This document shows positions 53,701 to 64,000 of a stretch of DNA of 64,000 nt, one piece after another. The notes beneath the pieces were generated by a model that worked only from the letters and a program-made list of their open reading frames with translations, was not told the origin of the DNA and searched no databases. How positions within the stretch are numbered: position 1 is the first letter of the stretch; every line of letters starts with the position of its first letter. A program made the position numbers and the translations under genes. The stretch spans positions 10,354,001-10,418,000 of the forward strand of contig OZ365112.1 of assembly GCA_977030845.1 (NCBI GenBank). The letters run 5' to 3'. This stretch comes from Fimbriosthenelais zetlandica (lineage: Eukaryota).

Positions 53701-53918
53701 TTGGGTGGAGATGGAATTTGGAACTTGAAAGGAAGGGGCCAAGATTGGAGGCAGAAAAGTGAAAGATAAGAATCAACGAATTGATGAAAGATGATGGTTG
53801 TATGGAAGTCTAAAATGCTTTAAAAATTATCTTCTGATAAAAGAATGGGAAGAATTAAGACAGGAGAATCACAAGGAGGAAGAAAGAAGGTCCTGACCTA
53901 GCATCTGTCACACAGTAT

Positions 53919-53948
53919 ATCACCATGGCGACCAGTTCCCATGGCAAC
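53919..53948. promoter_or_regulatory. Tandem X-box-like pair
   Basis: ATCACCATGGCGAC followed by GTTCCCATGGCAAC (53935-53948). Confidence 0.5.
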
Positions 53949-56900
53949 AAGTGCACATGTTGTGACCATGTCTCACAGTGACTGACTCTAGGCCTGACTC
54001 GACCATCACGATGACAGAGATTGACAAATATGTGAGGCCGCTGGCCGCTGTCAATCATTAGCCTCACCTCTCCATCTCATTTCTCAGCTGTAATAAAAAC
54101 AAACTAGCCAGGAGATAGCCAGTCACAGCTGGGCTGTCTGATACAGTCACACACATCAAAGAGATATTTATTCTCTTACATCCCTGTATAAATCATCTCA
54201 CCAATCTGATTCATGGTCATTGACCTGTTGCTATTTCCTACCAGTTGTTATTTATAGGGTCAGTGACATAGGCAGAGTGAGATAATGATTTTGTCCCTGT
54301 CATTGTGTTATTATTTTGCCATGAAAACAAGTCTGGACTAGTGTTCAGTCACAATGAACACTATGGATAAGTTATGATATCCATAAATGATTTTAAGGCT
54401 AGACCCACACCAATCCGATGATATCTTGTTAAAAATTGGTCCAATCACCCGATTATTTATCAAAGTCTATAACAATATTGTCTCGGGTTCTCACAGGTCT
54501 CTAAAATCATTTGATCGGTTTGCGTATTGTGTGAGGACTTTTATACAATGGATCTGGAATAGGCATCATCAAATGCAGCCTAAATAATGTTGTCCAGATC
54601 TTTCAAAGAGCCATGTTTTCTTCACACAAGTTTGGCCTATTATAAACAGGCACTTTGGGCGTGCACTGCTCTTTTTTCACCTTATTCCCCTTAAACCCCT
54701 TCAATCTGCTGCAAATCCTGGATGTATTCATCTGCCTTGGCCCAGGCAGCATCAAACGCATTCAAGAACGTGTCTACAATCTGCTCGAGGCTTATTATCA
54801 TCCCTGTGGCCCAGTGAAGGGGGTGGGGGTGGGTGCAGGTAGAGGGAGACTGGACCAGATTTCAGAGTCCAAAAGCTAATATGAAGAGCCAACATCATGC
54901 AAACTGCGACAAAAAATCGGCTTTGGAATGTGGGAATTAGCACCAATGCAACGTCAGCAATGACATGTTTACATGATGATTTTAACATGTCGCCTCTTTT
55001 ACAAGGCCACATTATAAGACCATCTCTTGTGGGTCATCCTTCCAACAATGATCTATTTTAGTGCATTATTTCATTATGCAACAAGCCATCTCTCTCTTCT
55101 TCTGTGAATAGAAAATCTACCGAATGGCAATCTTTGTCCTCCATTTTTAAATCCAACTCAAATCATGAGCAAAAAGGGACAAAAAATCTCATGAAAATGT
55201 ACAAAGTGACAGGCAAATGATCATATTACATCCTCTGAAAACTAAAACATAGTCCAATCATATAAAGGGAAATTGCCTTTTTCCTTGGATTTAATTCATT
55301 TTTTCAATATAAGGGACCAAGTCTTTCATATATGAACAGTGAGTAAGCACCGGATAGGGTAAGACGAAGGTGTTTATTTGTATTAAGAAGTTTGGAGAAG
55401 AGTTGGAGGTGGTGGGAGGGACGAGTTTTTGGCAGTATTATATATATAGATGTAGGTAAGGAGGGAGACATAATGTACTTGTACCCACTGACATCTCCAA
55501 AAAACAAACCTGACGTTACCAAACTGACATCCATTACAATCCTAGCCTAATTTTGTCTTTTTATGAAGATTTCTTGTTGAAATCATATTTTGTTTCGCCT
55601 ACAATATAATCCTTTGATAGACTACTAGTAGAAACATTGTATACATAACAGACTATAACAGAGTAGCAGAATTGTGGTAATGTATATGCAAATGTTGGCC
55701 ATCCACAACCGGCAAGGGCTGAGATGGAATGATAGGAGAACCAATAGAACAGAGATTGTGAGCAACAAAAATCTAACAAATCTATTAGCAGATAATAAAC
55801 AGGAATTTATCAGAGAAAATGGCATTGGGGAAAACTCAGAGGGCATCAAAGCAGGGAGAATATAGAATAGAAATGAAAAGATAATGGGGAGGAATGAGGG
55901 GAAGCTAGACAGGCACGTGAAGGGAAAGGGATGTCCATCTGAAGGAAATGTTCCATGCTTGGCATTGAGGAAACAAGAGATGGAGAAGGTGGGGAAGGCT
56001 GATGATGGAATATCCCCCTCACTACCCCAGCACTGCTCAGGTAGGGTGAGGTGGAAATACCGTATTAACCAACATGCAAGCCTGGCTTCAATTATAGAAC
56101 TGGACCATTTAAGGCCAACCTCTAATAGTAAGACACAACGGCGAAATTCAATTCTTATCACATTGAATATTTACTTTTTTATAAAGCATCACTTTAACTA
56201 TTGCCATGTATATTCAGGATTATTGGTTTAAATACGGTAAATCTCTGACAGTGTGAAGCATGTAAAATACAGTGCAGACCCGACCCCCGACTCCACATCC
56301 ACTAATGTATAAACAGTAGCATGTGCAAACATGTCTCACTGACAAAATGAGAGGAAAATTCCCCCAGTCTGACGATCAGCGACACTGTGTGGTTCCTGTC
56401 ACACTCAGGCCTGAATGACAAGCATAGGCGAGAGGTTAAAACGGTCAACTTCACACACTCCAAAGAAAGTAATGGAAAGGAATAAGATACGTACATGTAA
56501 TGCATACACCCATACGCCTCATGACAGGTGCATGGGGGTTAGCATTGCTAATGGGATGATCTTGTTTTACCCTCTTATCATGGGTCAGGTCATAATACAT
56601 TATTTAATACTGGTAAAGATACCGCACCAAACCTGACAATTAGGTTTTAGTGGGAGATTCAATAACAGAAGAAATCTCCTTTAGATCCGTTGTCAGGAAA
56701 AACAGTTGGTGGAAATTCCTTTTACATAAATCTTTCTTCAACAATGGGGAAGTTTCTTTCAAGGAAACAAAGGATCCAAAGCGAAGGAAGTGCCCTGTAA
56801 ATGGAGCGTTAATTTTGGGGATCAATTCCATTCACCAAAGATGTGATGGATTTCATTTTTTTTGCATATAAGAGTGACTGTATTGTTAAATAGTTGGGAA

Positions 56901-57191
56901 TCAGATTTTCCTATTTCGGTCTTTCATAAGAAAGGAGCATTTCCCATGTGTGGTCCTCGCGGAATATGGTTGATTCCTTTCAATTCCAAGAAGATAGGCA
57001 TATATAATGTTATTTGTGTCCTATTATGATTGTTCCCTTTCACCCGGGCCCCACCGACTCCTTCCCCCTATACTTTATCACGTTATCTACCATGGTCCGG
57101 TAACCCTGAACCCTGCACAAAGGGTCAATCATGCGTCCCCCAACCCTTCTTCCCCTGAGCCATCCTGTGTGGTCTGATGGGCATCCCAATT

Positions 57192-57234
57192 GATGCTATG
57201 GCAACGGGATCCAAGATATGGCTGCCATGGCAAC
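57192..57234. promoter_or_regulatory. Tandem X-box-like pair
   Basis: GATGCTATGGCAAC 57192-57205 and GCTGCCATGGCAAC 57221-57234. Confidence 0.5.
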
Positions 57235-57453
57235 GGCACTATTGCATTACTGATCATGTCGTGGCAAGTTAGGCCTGCTTTTTTCTTGTGGAGGGAAGCT
57301 TCATTTGAAGCTGGTATAGCTTGGAATTGAAGGTAAATGTTTATTTGGAGGGGAATGGAGTTGTCATAATAGATGTGTATCGTAGTGTGAGGCGAGATAG
57401 GGAGGGTGGCTATAATGGTGAAGTAAATGAAATGATCAATACAAGGAATGGAC

Positions 57454-57550
57454 ATATATATATATATATCTCACTATCTTAATACACTCTACACTGCTAT
57501 ATATATATATATATATATATCTCACTATCTTAATACACTCTACACTGCTA
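57454..57550. repeat. Tandem duplication of (TA)n + tctcactatcttaatacactctacactgc
   Basis: Two copies with an identical unique part and different TA-run lengths. Confidence 0.95.
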
Positions 57551-57836
57551 CAAGTCCAGTATGTAACAGCATCTCCATTCAGGAAGACCTTCTTTAGTTG
57601 ATTTATATAGGGCCTATACGCAAGTTGCTATACGTTCGAACAAGTTCCAAAATGCTCTTTTGAATAAATGTTATGAGAGCAGAATCAAGGAAACTTTGTT
57701 AAATTTCATTTCCTTTTTCTGATGATTTCATTCGGTCGACTGTGTAATCTTATCATACCATGTAATTAGTATCCTCATTAGATTTTAAAATTAAAACGGA
57801 GCAATTATTATTCAGCATATCAAGTCTTGTCTTCAG

Positions 57837-57890
57837 TGTCCTTCCTCTCCTTCCTCTCCATAACGAGCTGCTCCTAGGCTCTGGGAGGAG
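57837..57890 (+). CDS. Candidate 54-nt symmetric (phase 2-2) cassette exon: S-VLPLLPLHNELLLGSGR
   Basis: Acceptor gtcttgtcttcag, donor GAG|gtaact. Frame-preserving and open in the frame needed between 49830 and 59553. Confidence 0.5.
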
Positions 57891-59552
57891 GTAACTGGAG
57901 CTACTCTTTTCATCTTTTTCCTCTAAATTGCTTGTGACATGATGGTGTCAGAGGCACGGGAGGCGGCCAGGACCAAACAGCACTTGTGTTTCACGCTCAT
58001 TCATTCTCTTAGTCAAGCTAAAGCAAGCTCAGAATATGAACAAAAGAAATAGTCCCTTCTTTCTGATTAAAACCTCTCAAAACATTCAAAGCTCTAGCAA
58101 AAATCATTTTGATCTGTAAAATCATATATGTTTTAGACATGTAAGAGTAGACCTACTTCACTAAGCAAGGACTTCACTTAGACCTAGTTTCTAGAAGATT
58201 ACACTTTATTGACTGGCACTAGAGTGGGATCAATAAAGAAGGGAGGCTGTTTTAGCGCTTGATGAGGTGGAGGATGTAGAAGGTTCAATCAGGTAGTATC
58301 AATGCTGGGGACTCCCTATCACTGGGGACAGCCGCATGGGAGGAGCAAGGAGGAGATCCAGGCCTATATAAGACTTGTTGGCCTTAGGGTTGATACCCTC
58401 AAAACAAGTGACCATTCTGGGCTATATTGAGGCAGGGCGACATGGACATGGGTTGTCCATTCAGGGCTCTACCAGTTGAACACGGAAATTGACATTTAAT
58501 CAGGTTATCCTAAACATTGACCCTCACTTCAAATTGCCATCCAAACACTACTGCCTCTATTATGTAGGAAAACTTCAGTGCATCTATAGACTATAGGCCT
58601 ATAGGTCTTCAAAAACACAAGTTTCAAGGAGAATTTAGCTAGAAAGTGATATCCATTAAATAGAAAGTTGGGTTCAGACAATGGTATTGGAGTCGCACAT
58701 CGTCCTTGACTCATTATAATTGAACATGCAATGCCAGCGCCACACTGTCGGCATTGAGAAAACTAGATGGATGGGTACCTCTGATATATCCCTACAAAAC
58801 AGGGCCCTGTCATGGTAAGGGCACCCCAGGGACCTTTTTCAAGGCCCTACTGGTTATCTCTTCTTCGGCTATGGGGCAGTGGAACTTCACTGACAGCCAG
58901 TTTGCCCTCGAACATAAGGTCCTGCCAACAAGCCTTGCCTACAGTAAATTTTTATGCCCCAATGAAAAGGCTCGTAGGGTTCAAAGTCAAGGCATATCAG
59001 AGGCGTTCTCTGGGCATAGTTAAACCCAATCCTGCCCTGGAATGTACGGACTTGATGGGATATAAAGTTTATTTGGAGATAAAGTTAATTAAATGTTAGT
59101 AATTAAATCTTTATCTCGGTGTTCATGAGCTTCAAGTCGAAGAAATTTGAATGAACTTGATTTTTAAAACATTTGCAATCTAAGAATTATTTCATGACAA
59201 AACTCAATTCTTAGCTGCTGAACAAAGCATTTGATATGACTGAGAGTCAAACACCCTAGGCCATATGTTGTATTTCAGCTCAACGACTGCTTTTTATTCG
59301 ACATCTTTCCTAAAGCTTTTTTCTACCTACGGTTCACATCAGAGGAGAGACTAGGCATAAAAAGGAGGGGGTATCAATGAAACCTAATCCCCCAATTCAT
59401 TTCTAGTCTATATACCAGTCACTCTGCTTCTATTTAATTACATTCTTACTCCCCCAAAACCACCAGTCCTGAATACATCAATCCTAACCACCAACCACTA
59501 ACAAAGCCCTTCAAATGCAATCACTGACTTTTTTCATTGCCTTTTTTTGCAG

Positions 59553-59748
59553 TCGGAAAAGTAACTTTCCAGAGAGCGATGACAACAAGAATGCCTTATC
59601 TGTCAAAGATCGGATCCGGGCCTTCGAGTCCCCGGTAGTCCCGGATCCGGGCGAGGTGAAGGTGAGAGAGGGGATCAAGCCAAGAAAGAACAAGCCAACC
59701 AGCAAAGCCTTCGAGGAGTTTGAAAGCAAGGGCATCCTTATTGGATTT
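59553..59748 (+). CDS. Internal coding exon (phase 2 to 0): S-RKSNFPESDDNKNALSVKDRIRAFESPVVPDPGEVKVREGIKPRKNKPTSKAFEEFESKGILIGF
   Basis: Acceptor cttttttcattgcctttttttgcag, donor TTT|gtaagt. GC- and CpG-rich relative to the flanks, open frame. Start phase matches the 49830 donor (AG+T = Ser). Confidence 0.85.
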
Positions 59749-60327
59749 GTAAGTATTAGAGGGAAGTTATTGGTCCCAATGATTTATAGCATTTCATTCT
59801 GTCGACCTTGGTTATTGTAATTGCTTCTGAGGCAGAGGGAGGCTTAGGCATAGGGCTATTCGTCCTGGCAGTAACATTTCTGAGGTTCTGTCCCACCACA
59901 GTATCCTTTTTTGTTATATTAAAACATACATTTTTAGTAGTTATTTCAGGACAGGAAAATAGTTTAGAAAGTACTTGAGAATCGATTGTGAATTAGGGAA
60001 ATCACTTCAGACATTTAGAGCTGTTCACAGTCGTTTAGAACCATCAATGTTGACCTTCATCTTGAGGGAGGAAAACAGTTTTATGGTTCAGCACCCACGA
60101 CTATTCCCCCAGGTTCAACCCATCCCCGACATGTCTGCGTTATTTTGCCAACCCATTTGTAAGATAGGAAGCGGCTGGCTTCACCCCTAGAAAAGCAGAT
60201 CTAGAAAGGTGTATGCTGGACTTCAAAGTACTCCAGATATACTCTGTACCATGTTGTGTTCAGACTTGGCAGGCATTTGCTCTGTATGCTCACATTTGAT
60301 GAGCTACTCTGAGGAGTTTTGGTGTAG

Positions 60328-60474
60328 AATATAGTATGGAGCAGCGAGGATTGGGACCGGTTTGCCATCTGGATTGAAGCAGCCATAAGCATAGCTAGAA
60401 GCTATTACAAGTTCGGAACGCCTGGGTCCAAGAGGCTTCTCCTCCTCGAAGAGAAGGCAATGAAGCCATGTTGA
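60328..60474 (+). CDS. Candidate alternative terminal exon for the 59748 donor: NIVWSSEDWDRFAIWIEAAISIARSYYKFGTPGSKRLLLLEEKAMKPC*
   Basis: Acceptor gttttggtgtag. 48 open codons in phase 0, locally GC/CpG-rich. The acceptor is only moderate. Confidence 0.3.
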   Translation, partial: NIVWSSEDWDRFAIWIEAAISIARSYYKFGTPGSKRLLLLEEKAMKPC

Positions 60475-62207
60475 GATTGCCCTACTCCCAACAGGGGATT
60501 TCAACATGCATTATAGACTGGCTGCAATTTTAACATCTGGGGCCTCTAATTACAGAAGGTGGGGAGTTTATCTGGTGGGGGTAGGTGGATAGGGGGAGGG
60601 GGTGGGGAAGGTAGCCAGGCCCAAGTCCGATCAATGACATTTGTCCTGTTGTTATAACACGAAAGCAGCACAGCATGATTTAAAATCAACCAGTGGCAAT
60701 GTGCCTGAAATGTGATGAATTTTACATGATTCCTGACAGATGTCCTCAAAGTCTGCCTTGAAGTGACCAATTAACCATATTGTACTTCCCACAACAGAAA
60801 ATCCCTGAACTACATTAGTGTTGGATGTCAGAATGGTGCAGGATTGCCTGAATATTATTCAGTTCTATGTACAATACAATACAATACCAAATATTTAGGA
60901 ATCTGGCAAATTAAGTTTGGGTATTCCTGGCGGTGTTGGGAGAGAAGTTATTGTGGCGTTGTCTTCTCACTGGGGCTCATCATACATCAGGGACCTACAC
61001 GCCCAGCCTCAATGCTTTACCTCCTTCCATATAACCCCCAGTCATATATTTTTCCTATCTCACAGCCTCACTGATTTCAAGATCCCTTCAGCAGCTCTAG
61101 GAAAACTGGCCATGAATAGCTTCCCCAAGTCAGGCCAATAAATTTTCAGGTGCTTCTAGTAACGTGGTCGTAATGATCAGCTCTTGACATTTTTAACCTA
61201 AAACTTCCATTTCAGCATGGACTGAATTTATTAGAGTAATTTAAAACGTTGGAATTTGCACATATTTCCACATTTTTACACTGGCTGTGGCATTCTCCAG
61301 TATCTTTTTCATGTTTCAAAAATTTATTAAACAAATTTAGACGTTTAAGATTGGTTGACTGTTATTAAGAGGAACAGACTTTATTTTTTGGCCTCAGTAA
61401 AACGCTCAGCTAAAAGGAGCCTTGGCCCCACTGGCCATGCTCTGCCTACACCAGACAATTCTAGACCTTTTACTTCTTGACCAGGGCCAGATTTCAGCTA
61501 TCATTCTCCAGGATTTCCTTCTGAGGGGTCAAATTCACCAATATAGGCCGAGGAATGGGTGAGGCAATAGTATAACATTGTGTAAAGTGTCAGGGCTGCA
61601 GAGATCTATATTATATTGTAATGGTCTCCCATTCGGCGCCGGATCCTACAGGGGCGAGCCACCATTCATCAAATGAACAATCTCTTTCTCAATAAAAATC
61701 ATGGCATACCAGGCTAGGCCTCGGGCTATCTGCTTCCAGCTGGGATTGCTTCAGAAACAACTCAAGCACATTGTTAGCCACTTGAGTATAGACTTCATGA
61801 AGTGAATGTTAAAGTGCAGTTTGCATCTAATTATTTTCTCTGGTGCTCATCCCTCAAGTTCACATCTATTGTGCATTATATATTCAACAACTGCCATTAA
61901 CAGACAAAGGACACAATGCGTCCCATCAATTTGTTTTCATACAATTTACTCCCCAAGATTTTTGTCTGAATGAACTTTGCTCTAGTATAGACATATTAAC
62001 AATAGAATTCATCCCTTTCGTCAAAAGTTCATTTTTCAACTGAAATTTGACTGATATATTTTCTTCCTATTTCCATAAATCAAACCAAAACATCCATAAA
62101 CATTCTAGTTATTTCTGGTGCATTAACAAGCGGGACGTTGGATTTATTGCTATGCACTATAAATTTAAGTGTATTTTATAATGTAATTTTGTTTATTTTT
62201 TTCTCAG

Positions 62208-62347
62208 GGTGGAGGCCCTAGGAGAAGACATGGGGATGAAGACGACGAGCATGAGGATGGAGAAGGCATCTGTGACTCGCCTATTGGTATCCTCCTGCCC
62301 AGCCCTACCTCAGGGCTGAGTCAGGAAGACACCCCTACCAGCAGCAG
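62208..62347 (+). CDS. Internal coding exon (phase 0 to 2): GGGPRRRHGDEDDEHEDGEGICDSPIGILLPSPTSGLSQEDTPTSS-R
   Basis: Acceptor tttgtttatttttttctcag, donor CAG|gtatat, 140 nt, open frame. Phase matches the 59748 donor. Confidence 0.85.
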
Positions 62348-63934
62348 GTATATATTACTCTATTATTCCACCCCAGCACTCCTCATCCATTTGATTAGCA
62401 TAGAGCTCTAGAAGTACATTAATTTGCATAAATACAAGTTAAAGGTGAAGAGAAATGAACATTGACATCAATTTTTCTTGCATCGAGGTATACTGTCTAT
62501 AGTATTTTATATGATCGACCATGGAATTCATAATTTCAAAATAGTAAAAAAATAAAAATAACTAATTGGGGTATCAGAGAAGTTGATCAATATAGGCGAC
62601 TGATACACCAAGTAAAGGAACTCATTCTTGCCTTTAATTGATTCAAAGCCTGACTAACTCCAATCACGATAATGAATGACATGCCAACCATTAAAAAAAT
62701 CCCCAGAAGCTGTAAAAATCACTTCTACATGAAAATGAGCAATCACCGCTGATTAACATCCATTTTATCACCATAGCAACCGACTTCTCACACCACGGGT
62801 GTAAAACCAACATTCTTTTGTCTAAATAAACCAAAGTAAAGTCATATATAATTGTATTGCACCCCTCAGGCAATGTGAACCTCGATATAATTGCTGAGAA
62901 TCACACCAGTAGCTAATTGCATCTTACAGCTCTATTATGGTCTAGCCTATCATAAAGAAAGGGTCATCTTGTTCTACTAAAAATTATACAAGATGGAATT
63001 ATCAATTAGGTCGTGTATCAGAAATGTGGACTGATATCCCTACCCTCGACAATGGGTACCTTTCCTTACATTACATAAATATTTTTAAAATTCTCACGAA
63101 AGATTTAGAGTAGGAAATATTCCCTAACAATTACCTTTCTGAACTTGAGATGATTAGGTGACACGAGTGAAGCCCACTTGAAATGTCTGGGCTACAGTAT
63201 ATAGTATTTAGACTATTGAGAGTGTGACAGCTCCATTTCACCAGTGTATAGCTACATTTTACTGTGTGATGCATTTGAATTGATAGCGTTTCACTACCAT
63301 CAAAGGCTTCAGTACTAAGTCCACTAAATGACATGCAAATTATAAATCTCAAACGCTGGAGGCTATGGATGTCATTAAGTCGATCATCCTAGTTAACTCT
63401 CATCTGTTATATTATAATACAGGAGGGAACCTGGCTCGTTAATTCGACAAGGGCAAGTTTAATGTTCATTTCTGTTGACTATGTGGCAGTGGAGATATTG
63501 CATTTGGACTAGAGAGTTGTCTTGGCTAGTTGCTCTTCAACTTCAGTTAGGAATACTTGTATCCCATAAAGTACTTCAAAGCATCTTACTCTGGAATCTC
63601 TTTAAAATAGCCAATGGCTCATATTTCCTCACCCTAAATATTAATTATTGATGAACTACCATTCAAGGATATAATCTTAGAGACATTTGTGAATACTGGC
63701 TGAGAATTAACCATTGTCAAGGCATCCCCTCTTTGTGCAGGCCAGGCATTGTTGTCCCATTCTTTCTAAGGGATCATAACAGTTTTCACGCCTGGGCAGG
63801 CTTCTGAAAAGAGTTCAATGGTTGGTTCCATTGATGACAAACAGTGTGTGTGCCATGGTTAGACAGGTATATCATTATCATCAATTCATGCCCTACTCAC
63901 AAGCAATGCTTACCACTGGTTGCTATGGTTACAG

Positions 63935-64000
63935 GGGTCTGGAGGATGATGAAGGGGTCCATACAATGGAGAGCGAAGAAGATGAGTTCGCTGCCATACA
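63935..64000 (+). CDS. Coding exon running off the window end (phase 2 start): R-GLEDDEGVHTMESEEDEFAAI...
   Basis: Acceptor gttgctatggttacag. Phase matches the 62347 donor. Acidic coding-like composition similar to the previous exon. Confidence 0.75.

Noticed and set aside
55625-56161. 178-aa minus-strand ORF
   Set aside because: It is the antisense shadow of a purine-rich + strand. The F/S/L/P-rich product has no domain or clear splice context.
584-63352. The bulk of the 60-135 aa ORFs in the supplied track
   Set aside because: Lengths and composition are as expected by chance in ~40% GC DNA. No reverse transcriptase, integrase or other domain was recognised.

Overview
AT-rich (roughly 40% GC by eye) intron-rich animal genomic DNA, probably an invertebrate bilaterian (inference from GT-AG introns and CTCF-like motifs). 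No prokaryotic genes, rRNA, tRNA or CRISPR array were found. The one solid gene is on the + strand. A ~2 kb exon (ORF 47798-49834) encodes a signal/anchor segment, a mucin-like ectodomain, a transmembrane helix and a Cys cluster. It ends at a phase-2 donor (49830) and splices in frame to exons 59553-59748, 62208-62347 and 63935-(64000+), giving an acidic cytoplasmic tail with an SVKDRIRAFE motif. I do not recognise the gene. A complete 1,372 bp non-coding foldback-type DNA element (34779-36150) has TGT...ACA termini, a CAGGGG target duplication and arms built of ~50 bp palindromic repeats. The remaining ~55 kb is mostly intron or intergenic. It carries many RFX X-box-like motifs, three CTCF-like motifs, a duplicated double E-box, simple repeats and numerous weaker candidate exons. 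These candidates suggest, as an unproven hypothesis, a locus that combines alternative first exons and short alternative terminal exons at phase-2 junctions. Most ORFs in the supplied track are judged to be chance.
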